Assembly: GCA_039190005.1 (NCBI GenBank)
Contig: JBCCYM010000003.1
Coordinates: 7,715 to 71,714, forward strand
Reading direction: 5' to 3'
DNA length: 64,000 nucleotides
DNA from: Pseudomonadota bacterium
Lineage (GTDB): Bacteria; Pseudomonadota; Gammaproteobacteria; UBA12402
In this document: piece after piece, positions 54,716-63,308 of the stretch
Layout of the letters: each line of letters opens with the position of its first letter
Numbering within the stretch: the stretch's first letter is position 1
The notes under the pieces: generated by a model
Told to the model about the DNA's origin: nothing
What the model saw: only the letters and a program-made list of their open reading frames with translations
Database searches by the model: none
Made by a program: the position numbers and the translations under genes

Positions 54716-55511
54716 AAAGGTAAAAATCGACTAATTCTGAACGCGCACTCATACCAAGTCTTTCTTTCAGATTATTCTGATAGGTTTCAACGGCTCGATA
54801 GGAACCCAACCCAAGCAGAATAGCCGTTTCTTTATTACTCCTGCCTTGCGCTAAACATCTCAAGCATTCAAATTCTCTTGCTGTAATCCCGATACGCTTT
54901 CCCTTATACACCACATTGTAATGCTTAGGTTGCAGACTTTTTTCTAATTTTTCTGGATTAAATGGCATCTCGCACCTCTTAGTATTATTATCATTGTCTA
55001 CATTGTTACCAAGCATAATTTTACTATGAAGCGCATCAGCAACCAGTCGCTTACTTTTTCCTAAAAAGTCATATTTTACTAAGGTCAAAAATCGCCAATT
55101 CTTAAAATAAAAATCCATCAAATTGCTACCATCGGAAGCAAAACAAAAAAGTTCATAGTTTTCATCACTCTGATCGACTATCACCACTGGCGTACCTAAG
55201 CCATATTCTTTCGCAATTGGACAAATGTTTTTATTATCTTCTCTTGGAAAATAAAATATCTGATTATGAATGGTATGTGTTGATTTCTTCGCTTCAATAC
55301 TATCAATCTGCTTATAACAAATAGCTTTTTTCATATTAATGGACATACCCGTCCATTTAGCATCACTTGATAAGAAAATCGATGAACCATCTTTCCAATA
55401 CTTAGAATAACAAAAAAATCGAACATCCGTGTTTTCAAATAATGGTCGGCATATTTGCCGCACATCATCTTGATAGGTGAATAAGTGACTTTTAGATAAA
55501 TCTTGCCGCAT
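54693..55511 (-). CDS. LuxR-family transcriptional regulator with uncharacterised roughly 200-aa N-terminal domain
   Basis: C-terminal LuxR-type HTH (ITAREFECLRCLAQGRSNKETAILLGLGSYRAVETYQNNLKERLG); N-terminal domain not confidently an autoinducer-binding domain. Confidence 0.65.
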   Translation of the reverse strand: MRQDLSKSHLFTYQDDVRQICRPLFENTDVRFFCYSKYWKDGSSIFLSSDAKWTGMSINMKKAICYKQIDSIEAKKSTHTIHNQIFYFPREDNKNICPIAKEYGLGTPVVIVDQSDENYELFCFASDGSNLMDFYFKNWRFLTLVKYDFLGKSKRLVADALHSKIMLGNNVDNDNNTKRCEMPFNPEKLEKSLQPKHYNVVYKGKRIGITAREFECLRCLAQGRSNKETAILLGLGSYRAVETYQNNLKERLGMSARSELVDFYLSSDLVVL

Positions 55512-55740
55512 TTTCCTTGCTCCTTTTTCTTATTTTTCGCAATGCTATTAGTGTACTCTTATAAAAAAAATAAAGCAAATGGGCTAAACCTAACAAATTT
55601 TCTATGGGACACTCACGGGACACTTGCAGATAAAAAACAGCGATTATCTACAATTGGTGACCACAATGAAAATCATATAATATTATGATTTTATTACAAT
55701 TATTGATTGTCAATTATTGCCGCTATTAGTATAATTTCAG

Positions 55741-55796
55741 ATTCAAAATCCGGTGATGGCAACATCGTGTCGGTTCGAGTCCGACCTTCGGTACCA
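55741..55796 (+). repeat. Duplicate of the 3' 56 nt of tRNA-Leu (putative attR)
   Basis: Identical to 51408-51463. Confidence 0.8.
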
Positions 55797-55806
55797 AAAT
55801 TATAGA

Positions 55807-55903
55807 ATAATAATTAATCAACTTGAAAGCAGAACATGTATGTTGGTAGGCACGATTGGGATTGAACCAACGACCCCCACCATGTCAAGGTGATGCTCTA
55901 CCA
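55807..55903. repeat. 97-bp direct repeat copy 1, containing the 3' 60 nt of tRNA-Val on the minus strand plus 37 bp of flank
   Basis: 96/97 identity with 56591-56687; tRNA-Val fragment at 55844-55903. Confidence 0.8.
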
Positions 55904-55972
55904 TTTTTAATCACACTTAAGCAATAATTAAAAATTGACTCAAAATGTGTATTGTGTGTATAATTTATTGTC

Positions 55973-56161
55973 ATGAAAAGTACGGAAATTATTAAAATCC
56001 TTAGAATGGATGGTTGGACAGAATGTCACAAAAAGGGGAGTCATTGTCAATTTAAACACCCGACAAAATCGGGCAAAGTGACTGTGCCTCACCCCAAAAA
56101 GGATTTACCTATAAAAACCGTTAATAGCATATTTAAACAGGCAAATATTAGCCGGAGGTAA
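55973..56161 (+). CDS. hicA: Type II toxin HicA (YcfA-like mRNA interferase)
   Basis: 62 aa; GWxxxxxKGSHxxFKHP...GKVTVPHP pattern typical of HicA. Confidence 0.85.
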   Translation: MKSTEIIKILRMDGWTECHKKGSHCQFKHPTKSGKVTVPHPKKDLPIKTVNSIFKQANISRR

Positions 56162-56165
56162 GATC

Positions 56166-56594
56166 ATGCACTACCCAGTTGTGATTCATAAAGATAAAGA
56201 AAGTGATTTTGGCGTCATCGTTCCAGATCTTGCGGGCTGTTTTTCTGCTGGTGACACCTATGAAGAAGCGCTTACCAACGCGGTAGAGGCAATTGAGTGC
56301 CACCTGGAAGGTTTATTGCGCGATAATCAAACCATCCCTGTCGCCAAAGAAATTGATAACTACATTCATAAACGTGAATACGCAGGAGGTATATGGGCTT
56401 TAGTTGAAATCAACATTAGCCAATTATCCGGTAAAGCTAAGCGAATTAATATTACTTTACCCGAACGACTATTGCGCCTGATTGATCTTCATGCAAAAAA
56501 TCTTGCTCATAAGAACCGGTCCGCATTTATTGCTGATGCGACATTAGCTTATATGTCTCAAGATAACTACCAACACAACACCAGAGAGAGATAA
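56166..56594 (+). CDS. hicB: Type II antitoxin HicB with C-terminal RHH DNA-binding domain
   Basis: 142 aa; N-terminal HicB fold motif (HYPVVIHKDKESDFGVIVPDLAGCFSAGDTYEEAL); C-terminal RINITLPERLLRLID ribbon-helix-helix. Confidence 0.85.
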   Translation: MHYPVVIHKDKESDFGVIVPDLAGCFSAGDTYEEALTNAVEAIECHLEGLLRDNQTIPVAKEIDNYIHKREYAGGIWALVEINISQLSGKAKRINITLPERLLRLIDLHAKNLAHKNRSAFIADATLAYMSQDNYQHNTRER

Positions 56595-56687
56595 TAATTA
56601 GTCAACTTGAAAGCAGAACATGTATGTTGGTAGGCACGATTGGGATTGAACCAACGACCCCCACCATGTCAAGGTGATGCTCTACCA
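56591..56687. repeat. 97-bp direct repeat copy 2, overlapping the 3' 60 nt of the intact tRNA-Val
   Basis: See copy 1. Confidence 0.8.
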
Positions 56688-56702
56688 CTGAGCTACGTGC
56701 CT
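56628..56702 (-). tRNA. tRNA-Val (GAC)
   Basis: Minus-strand cloverleaf: acceptor AGGCACG/CGTGCCT, D-arm GCTC/GAGC, anticodon loop TTGACAT, T-arm GTTGG/CCAAT, CCA encoded. Confidence 0.85.
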
Positions 56703-56812
56703 ATTTTAAATATCGGCCTTGCATTCGAACAATGCTGTGTTTATCTATCGAAAGACTTCCCTAAGACCGATGTTTATCATGACATGAGTCCGTTTTTAAT
56801 GCAAGCGCTTTA

Positions 56813-58813
56813 TCAAGAATGTTTGATAAATTCTTGTTTAAGGTAATGTATTTTATCGCGCAGTTTAGCGGCTTGTTCAAATTCAAGATCGTTAGCGTGT
56901 TGATACATCTGCTGTTCTAGCTGATTGATTTCATGTTCAATATCCGCGGCCGTCATCACTAAATATTTTTTATCTTCTTCCGCGACCAGATGTATTTTTT
57001 GCTGATCTTGTTCATAAGACGCTTCCATAATATCCGTCACCGCTTTTTTAATGCCTTTAGGCGTAATACCATGTTGTTCATTATACTGCTGCTGTTTTTC
57101 CCGACGACGTTCTGTTTCATCTATGGCGCGCCGCATTGAGCCAGTCACCTTATCGGCATACATCATCACCGTGCCATTGATATTACGCGCGGCGCGTCCA
57201 ATGGTTTGAATCAACGAACGATCGGAACGTAAAAACCCTTCTTTATCGGCATCTAAAATTGCCACCAATGAGACTTCCGGAATGTCCAAGCCTTCACGCA
57301 ATAAATTAATACCAACCAAGACATCAAAAGTCCCTAAGCGCAAGTTGCGAATAATTTCCATGCGTTCTACTGTATCAATATCAGAATGCAGATAACGCAC
57401 TTTAATGCCATGATCCGCCAGATATTCGGTTAAATCTTCGGCCATGCGTTTAGTCAGCGTTGTGACTAACACACGCTCACCTACCGCGATACGTTTATTT
57501 GCTTCTGATAACAAATCATCGACCTGTGAGGCTACCGGTCGCACTTCAATCTGTGGATCTAGCAATCCAGTGGGACGCACAATCTGTTCAACAACATTAT
57601 CTGTCTGTTCCTGCTCATAGTTGCCCGGTGTCGCCGAGACATAAACTGTCTGTGGCGAGAGTTTTTTAAATTCATCAAATTTTAATGGTCGATTATCCAA
57701 TGCCGATGGCAAACGAAAACCATAGGTGACTAAATTTTCTTTACGGGCACGATCACCGCGATACATGCCATTAAGCTGTGGCACAGTCACATGAGATTCG
57801 TCAATAAAAAGCAGCGCGTCACCGGGCAAATATTCAAATAAGGTCGGCGGCGGTTCGCCGGTGTTACGACCGGATAAATAACGCGAATAATTTTCAATGC
57901 CAGAGCAATAACCAAGCTCTTGCATCATTTCAATATCGAAGTTTACCCGCTGCTCTAAACGTTGTTCTTCGACTAATTTATTCTGTTGGTGCAACGCGAC
58001 TAAGCGTTGATGCAATTCTGATTTAATCGATTCCACGACATTTAAAATAGTTTCTTTCGGTGTAACATAATGTGTTTTCGGATAAATGGTTACCCGCGGC
58101 ACTTTTTTTAATACCTCACCGGTTAGCGGATCAAAATAAGCAATACTCTCAACTTCATCATCAAATAACTGCACCCGCACGGCATCGCGTTCGGATTCTG
58201 CCGGAAAAATATCAATGACATCACCACGAACCCGAAAACTTGCCCGCTGAAAATCGGTATCGTTACGACGATACTGCAATTCAGCCAGATGCCGCAAAAT
58301 TTTGCGTTGATCAATAATATCCCCTCGTTGCAAATGCAATACCATTTTTAAGTAAAGATTAGGATCACCAAGACCATAAATTGCCGAAACAGTGGCGACA
58401 ATGACGGTATCGCGCCGCTCCATCAATGCCTTGGTTGCCGATAAGCGCATTTGCTCAATATGGGCATTGATCGACGCGTCTTTTTCGATATAGGTATCGG
58501 TGGTTGGCACATAGGCTTCCGGTTGATAATAGTCGTAATACGAGACAAAATATTCAACGGCGTTATGAGGAAACAACACTTTCATCTCACCATAAAGCTG
58601 AGCCGCGAGCGTTTTATTGGGCGCGAGAATCAAACTGGGACGCTGGCAGGCGGCTATCACATGGGCCATAGTAAATGTCTTACCGGAACCGGTGACACCA
58701 AGCAAAATTTGTCCGGCTAAGCCATCGTTAATGCCTTGCACTAGTTGGTCTATCGCTTGCGGCTGATCACCGGCCGCTTGGTAATCACTGCTTAAATCAA
58801 ATGCTCTTTTCAT
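56813..58813 (-). CDS. uvrB: Excinuclease ABC subunit B
   Basis: 666 aa; helicase motifs GVTGSGKT and DESH; C-terminal UvrC-binding coiled coil. Confidence 0.95.
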   Translation of the reverse strand: MKRAFDLSSDYQAAGDQPQAIDQLVQGINDGLAGQILLGVTGSGKTFTMAHVIAACQRPSLILAPNKTLAAQLYGEMKVLFPHNAVEYFVSYYDYYQPEAYVPTTDTYIEKDASINAHIEQMRLSATKALMERRDTVIVATVSAIYGLGDPNLYLKMVLHLQRGDIIDQRKILRHLAELQYRRNDTDFQRASFRVRGDVIDIFPAESERDAVRVQLFDDEVESIAYFDPLTGEVLKKVPRVTIYPKTHYVTPKETILNVVESIKSELHQRLVALHQQNKLVEEQRLEQRVNFDIEMMQELGYCSGIENYSRYLSGRNTGEPPPTLFEYLPGDALLFIDESHVTVPQLNGMYRGDRARKENLVTYGFRLPSALDNRPLKFDEFKKLSPQTVYVSATPGNYEQEQTDNVVEQIVRPTGLLDPQIEVRPVASQVDDLLSEANKRIAVGERVLVTTLTKRMAEDLTEYLADHGIKVRYLHSDIDTVERMEIIRNLRLGTFDVLVGINLLREGLDIPEVSLVAILDADKEGFLRSDRSLIQTIGRAARNINGTVMMYADKVTGSMRRAIDETERRREKQQQYNEQHGITPKGIKKAVTDIMEASYEQDQQKIHLVAEEDKKYLVMTAADIEHEINQLEQQMYQHANDLEFEQAAKLRDKIHYLKQEFIKHS

Positions 58814-58903
58814 GATAGTTTATAGTCATAGTTTTATCTTGATTGTTAATTATAAACTGTTATGATAAGGATATAAACATGTATTTAAGCTGTCATTCCA
58901 GCT

Positions 58904-59040
58904 TCTCCTCCGTCATTCCCGCGCAGGCGGGAATCCAGGAGAAAAATGTTTATGCCTGTGGTTTGTTCGCTGGATTCCCGCCTGCGCGGGAATGACGAGG
59001 AAAAGATGCGGGAATGACGGGGAAGAGATGCGGGAATGAC
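58904..59040. repeat. Family A full 85-bp element followed by three tandem roughly 22-bp partial copies of its end (GATGCGGGAATGACGRGGWA)
   Basis: Seen directly; lies in the divergent uvrB/aminotransferase promoter region, ending 33 bp before the aminotransferase ATG. Confidence 0.65.
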
Positions 59041-59072
59041 GAGGTAATATCAAATTATTAAGGTTACACACC

Positions 59073-60254
59073 ATGCAAGAATTTCTTTCCCAACGCATTC
59101 AAAAAATACAACCATCAATCACCCTGGGCTTAAACGCGAAAGCAAAAGAATTACGCGCTGCCGGTCAGGATGTGATCAGTCTAGCCAGTGGCGAACCAGA
59201 CTTCGCGACACCGGCAAACATTCAGGAAGCTGCTATTAAAGCCATCCGCGACGGCGAGCATAAATATACCGCGGTTGAAGGTTCACCGGCACTTAGACAA
59301 GCTATTGTTGCTAAATTAAAACGCGATAACAACCTTGACTACACGATCAATCAGGTTGAAGCCAGCCCTGGGGCAAAACAAGCAATCTACAACTTGCTGG
59401 TAACACTGCTTAATGATGGCGATGAGGTCATTATTCCCGCGCCCTACTGGGTTTCTTACTTAGATATGGTCCTGGTGACCGGTGGAAAACCCGTTATTGT
59501 CTCCAGTGATATTAACCAACATTACAAAATTACTGCCGCGCAATTAGAACAAGCCATTACGCCAAAAACAAAATTATTGATGCTCAATAGTCCCAGCAAC
59601 CCTTCGGGCATGGTTTATAGTCATGAGGAACTAAAACAACTGGCTGATGTGTTGACGCGTCATCCACATGTACTGATTATGTCTGATGACATCTATGAAC
59701 ATATTTTATGGTCAGCGCAGGCATTTAAAAATATTGTCAATGTGTGTTCAGAACTTTATGATCGCACCATTATCATTAATGGTGTGTCAAAATCTTATGC
59801 CATGACCGGTTGGCGTCTAGGTTTTGCCGCCGGTCCGGAAAAAATTATTGCCGCGATGAAAAAAATACAAGGTCAAAGCACTTCTTGTCCATGCAGTATT
59901 ACTCAAGCTGCCGCTGTCGAAGCTTGGAATGGCGATCAAAGCTGTTTGCAGTCCTTCCGCGCCGCGTATAAGCAACGTCATGATTTGGCGTATGAACGCT
60001 TTAAAAAAATGCCAGGGGTAAAAATTGCGCCGGCAGAAGGCGCGTTTTATTTATTCCCCGATGTGAGTGAAGCTTACCAGGCTTTAGGCATGGCAAACGA
60101 TGCCGAGTTTGCTGAATATTTACTAGAGCAAGCAAAAATTGCTTTAGTGCCTGGCACCGCTTTTGGCGCCCCAGGTTCGATACGGATGTCCTGCGCTTTA
60201 GATCAAGCGAGTTTAGAAAAAGCGTTAGATCGTTTTGAAAGCGCGTTGAAATAG
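59073..60254 (+). CDS. PLP-dependent aspartate/aromatic aminotransferase (class I, subgroup Ib-like)
   Basis: 393 aa; PLP-Lys motif SKSYAMTGWRLG; N-terminal fold-type I pattern. Confidence 0.85.
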   Translation: MQEFLSQRIQKIQPSITLGLNAKAKELRAAGQDVISLASGEPDFATPANIQEAAIKAIRDGEHKYTAVEGSPALRQAIVAKLKRDNNLDYTINQVEASPGAKQAIYNLLVTLLNDGDEVIIPAPYWVSYLDMVLVTGGKPVIVSSDINQHYKITAAQLEQAITPKTKLLMLNSPSNPSGMVYSHEELKQLADVLTRHPHVLIMSDDIYEHILWSAQAFKNIVNVCSELYDRTIIINGVSKSYAMTGWRLGFAAGPEKIIAAMKKIQGQSTSCPCSITQAAAVEAWNGDQSCLQSFRAAYKQRHDLAYERFKKMPGVKIAPAEGAFYLFPDVSEAYQALGMANDAEFAEYLLEQAKIALVPGTAFGAPGSIRMSCALDQASLEKALDRFESALK

Positions 60255-60295
60255 CATCAGTTTATTTGATGCTATTATTATAAAAGGAGGCCACC

Positions 60296-61474
60296 ATGAA
60301 AATAACCCAAGCTGAAATCTTTGATATTCATTCCCCTAAAACTACCGTATTGAATCCTGTTTTTGTGCGATTACATACCGATGAAGGCATTACCGGTGTC
60401 GGTGAAGCTGGTCTGGCTTACGATTTAGGTCACAGCGCCGCGGCAGCGATGATTAAAGAATTTGCCGAAGCGATACTACCAAACGCCGATCCATTTCAAA
60501 CTGAACAAATCTGGTCACGCATGTTTCGTGAGAGCTTTTGGGCGCTTGGTGGTGGTCCAGTGGTCTACGCAGCAATGAGCGCCATTGATACCGCGTTATG
60601 GGATATCAAAGGTAAAGCGCTAGGTTTACCCGTTTATCAATTACTCGGCGGCAAATGTCATGACAAACTGAGAACATACGCCAGCCAGCTTCAATTTGGC
60701 TGGGATAAAGCATTCAAGGAACTCAATAATCCAGCGGATTACGCTAAAGCGGCCGAAAAAGCGATGGCGGAAGGTTATGATTGTGTCAAAGTTGATCCGA
60801 TAATGTATGACGCACAAGGCAACACCCTGTTTGACTGCACCAAATTATTCACTACCCCGGAAATACGTTTAATTCGTCAACGGATGCGGGCCATTCGTGA
60901 TACCATCGGCGATGACAACGATATTATTCTTGAATGCCATAGTTTATTAGGCGTGACTTCAGCGATACAATTGGGTGAAGTTGCTGAAGAATTTCGCTGT
61001 ATGTATTATGAAGAACCGGTGAATTACTTAAATTCAGCGCTGCATAAAAAAGTAGCGGATAAAGTCAATGTACCCATCGCCGCCGGAGAACGATTATACT
61101 TGCGACATGGCATTCGCCAATATCTGGAAGATCAAAGTGTCGATATTTTGCAGCCGGATATCGGCTTATGCGGCGGTTTCACCGAAGCCAAAAAAGTCTG
61201 TGACTATGCCGATATGTATGATGTCAGCGTTCAAGCGCATGTCTGTGGTGGACCAGTAGCTACAGCAGCCGCCTTACATCTTGAAAGCGCTATCCCCAAT
61301 TTTATCATTCATGAACACCATACTTACGCGATTAAAGATTGGAACAGAGAATTGTGCCAACAAGATCTACAACCCGTTAATGGCTATTTCCAGGCACCCG
61401 ATCGTCCTGGCTTAGGTATTGAACTCAATGATGCCATCGTTAAACAATCACCGATGGTGAGTATTAAATTGTAA
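60296..61474 (+). CDS. Enolase-superfamily enzyme, mandelate racemase/muconate-lactonizing family (D-galactonate or mannonate dehydratase-like)
   Basis: 392 aa; N-terminal capping domain and barrel with metal ligands (D...E...D pattern: KVDP, ECHS, EEP). Confidence 0.8.
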   Translation: MKITQAEIFDIHSPKTTVLNPVFVRLHTDEGITGVGEAGLAYDLGHSAAAAMIKEFAEAILPNADPFQTEQIWSRMFRESFWALGGGPVVYAAMSAIDTALWDIKGKALGLPVYQLLGGKCHDKLRTYASQLQFGWDKAFKELNNPADYAKAAEKAMAEGYDCVKVDPIMYDAQGNTLFDCTKLFTTPEIRLIRQRMRAIRDTIGDDNDIILECHSLLGVTSAIQLGEVAEEFRCMYYEEPVNYLNSALHKKVADKVNVPIAAGERLYLRHGIRQYLEDQSVDILQPDIGLCGGFTEAKKVCDYADMYDVSVQAHVCGGPVATAAALHLESAIPNFIIHEHHTYAIKDWNRELCQQDLQPVNGYFQAPDRPGLGIELNDAIVKQSPMVSIKL

Positions 61475-61502
61475 TAATGTGACTATTGGAATCTAACAAA
61501 TC

Positions 61503-61560
61503 CGTCATTCCCGCGAAGGTGGTCCCTGAGCTTGTCGAAGGGTCGAAGGGCGGGAATCCA
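61503..61560. repeat. Family A palindrome with family B unit inserted precisely in its 8-bp spacer
   Basis: GTCATTCCCGCGAAGG | TGGTCCCTGAGCTTGTCGAAGGGTCGAAGG | GCGGGAATCCAG. Confidence 0.6.
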
Positions 61561-61705
61561 GTTAGTTCAAGCCCAATTATTTTAAATAATGGACACTGCT
61601 TGAAATAGTAAAATAATTCAGATTGCAACAGTCTCTGAATGGAAAGATCATCTACGTTTCGCGATGACAAAAGAAGATTATGATTCGTTTACTTCATGAG
61701 GAAAA

Positions 61706-62032
61706 CTAATAAATATGTACTGCCAGCCACACACATGGTTCATTATGGCTTGTATACTTAACTCTGTGTTTTCTATGGCTTTCAATAAAAATGTAGTCCC
61801 CTGGCTGTAAATGAGCTTCAGTGTTATCTTCAAACTGTAATATCGCTTGTCCTTTTAACAATAAAACCCATTCATCTTGCATTTGATCATACCACTTGCC
61901 TTTGGGTGTTGTGTGTCCTGTGGAAATAATACGTTCCAATTTAACATTGTCATGTTCAATTAAGGTTTGAAAAAGCTCTTCAGGGATGTTGTTATTAGGT
62001 AAACCATCAAAGATATTATTAAGTTTGCGCAT
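61706..62032 (-). CDS. Cupin-domain protein
   Basis: 108 aa; two-motif cupin pattern (GxxxxxH...Wxxxxxg and PxGxxHxxxN-like). Confidence 0.55.
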   Translation of the reverse strand: MRKLNNIFDGLPNNNIPEELFQTLIEHDNVKLERIISTGHTTPKGKWYDQMQDEWVLLLKGQAILQFEDNTEAHLQPGDYIFIESHRKHRVKYTSHNEPCVWLAVHIY

Positions 62033-62067
62033 ATTTATTTACTAATAATCCAGCTAATTTTTTGCAA

Positions 62068-62505
62068 TCAACTAAAAAACCGTTTACAAAACGTTAAGTA
62101 GCGATTGAGTAGAAAATTCCAGACAAAAACAATCAAAGTGGTTAATACCCGACTGATAAATAATTTAAAATGGAAAAACTCTACCATAATAGCCATGAGC
62201 AGAAGGCTTAGTAGGAAAGCACTGATTACCACAACTATTGAAATCAGGAACTGCGTTTTTACCCGCTTGGAATGACAACGAAAAGCAAAAAGCTTATTAC
62301 AGCTAAAACTTACAATACTGCCCACTCCCATCGATATCAATAATGCCCACGGATAAGAAAAATCAAGGTAATCGGTAAAAAAATGAAACACACCCCAATC
62401 AACAAGCGTGGCAACAATACTGCCTAACAAATAACGGGAAACAATGGTGTCGTAAACGCGGCGATTTAAAAATATCAATTTCATCCGCCTAAGTCCGTCA
62501 ATCAC
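62068..62505 (-). CDS. GtrA-family membrane protein
   Basis: 145 aa, 4 TM; RYLLGSIVATLVDWGVFHF typical GtrA N-terminus. Confidence 0.6.
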   Translation of the reverse strand: MIDGLRRMKLIFLNRRVYDTIVSRYLLGSIVATLVDWGVFHFFTDYLDFSYPWALLISMGVGSIVSFSCNKLFAFRCHSKRVKTQFLISIVVVISAFLLSLLLMAIMVEFFHFKLFISRVLTTLIVFVWNFLLNRYLTFCKRFFS

Positions 62506-63121
62506 TCGATTGATCAGCGGACGCGAGACGCATTGCCAGTATAAAGCTCTGTAAAATATTTATACCAGACAGCACTACCAGTATGATTAATAACCACCCA
62601 GCTAAAACAGAACTCCAATGCGCTGACACAATAATCAGCAAAATTAAAAAATATATTTCGCCGCGATTAAGAATACGCCAAATTTTCTTTTCTTCAGGAT
62701 CAATCACTGCTTGGCGATGATTGGCGTAAGCGACAATAAACGAGGGCATCATGACACCAAAACCAGCCATATATATCCATAAATTAATCGACAGTACAGG
62801 AAATTGCATGGGCAACCAGAAAAAACTGCCCACATAAATAAAGTCAACAAAACGATCTAAGATACCATCAAGAAAAGCACCTCTGTGGGTCATCTTACCA
62901 CGAACACGCGCGCAACTACCATCAATAATATCCAACACACCTGAGAGGAAGAAGAAAAAGCAACCCCATAATAATTTTCCATTGGCAATGAATATAAAAC
63001 CAATCACGGCAACTGGAATCGTCATCCAAGAATAAAAATCAGGGGAAAAAGGCAGTTTGGCAAAAATTTTACCGACAAATAATGAAAAATTCCGCCATGT
63101 TTTAGATTTTTCTTTGATCAT
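62498..63121 (-). CDS. CDP-alcohol phosphatidyltransferase
   Basis: DGxxARxxxxxxxxGxxxDxxxD motif (DIIDGSCARVRGKMTHRGAFLDGILDRFVD); overlaps the GtrA gene start. Confidence 0.75.
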   Translation of the reverse strand: MIKEKSKTWRNFSLFVGKIFAKLPFSPDFYSWMTIPVAVIGFIFIANGKLLWGCFFFFLSGVLDIIDGSCARVRGKMTHRGAFLDGILDRFVDFIYVGSFFWLPMQFPVLSINLWIYMAGFGVMMPSFIVAYANHRQAVIDPEEKKIWRILNRGEIYFLILLIIVSAHWSSVLAGWLLIILVVLSGINILQSFILAMRLASADQSSD

Positions 63122-63308
63122 TTACGCTTAAGTTTTAATATACTGTAATTGGCGCCTATCATTACATGATTGCTTATTGTTGTCAATGAAACTGAAAATC
63201 TGGAGACGCGTGCCTGTGGCATGTATAGCAGCAACTTGAAATTTGTAATTATCCTTTATATGATCATAATTAATTATGCTTGTGAGCAATTAAACAAAGG
63301 GGAAACGC

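Larger units (their letters stand above)
51464..55740 (+). mobile_element. Integrase-less genomic islet inserted at the tRNA-Leu 3' end, bounded by a 56-bp direct repeat
   Basis: Exact 56-bp copy of the tRNA-Leu 3' end at 55741-55796; AT-rich interior; cargo not found elsewhere in the window. Confidence 0.55.

Noticed and set aside
51464-55740. Prophage or integrative conjugative element at tRNA-Leu
   Set aside because: It is too small (4.3 kb) and contains no integrase, structural, replication or transfer genes. It is best described as a remnant or mobilisable islet.
58814-58904. LexA (SOS) box upstream of uvrB
   Set aside because: No CTGT-N8-ACAG match was found in the region. The promoter space is mostly occupied by a family A element.
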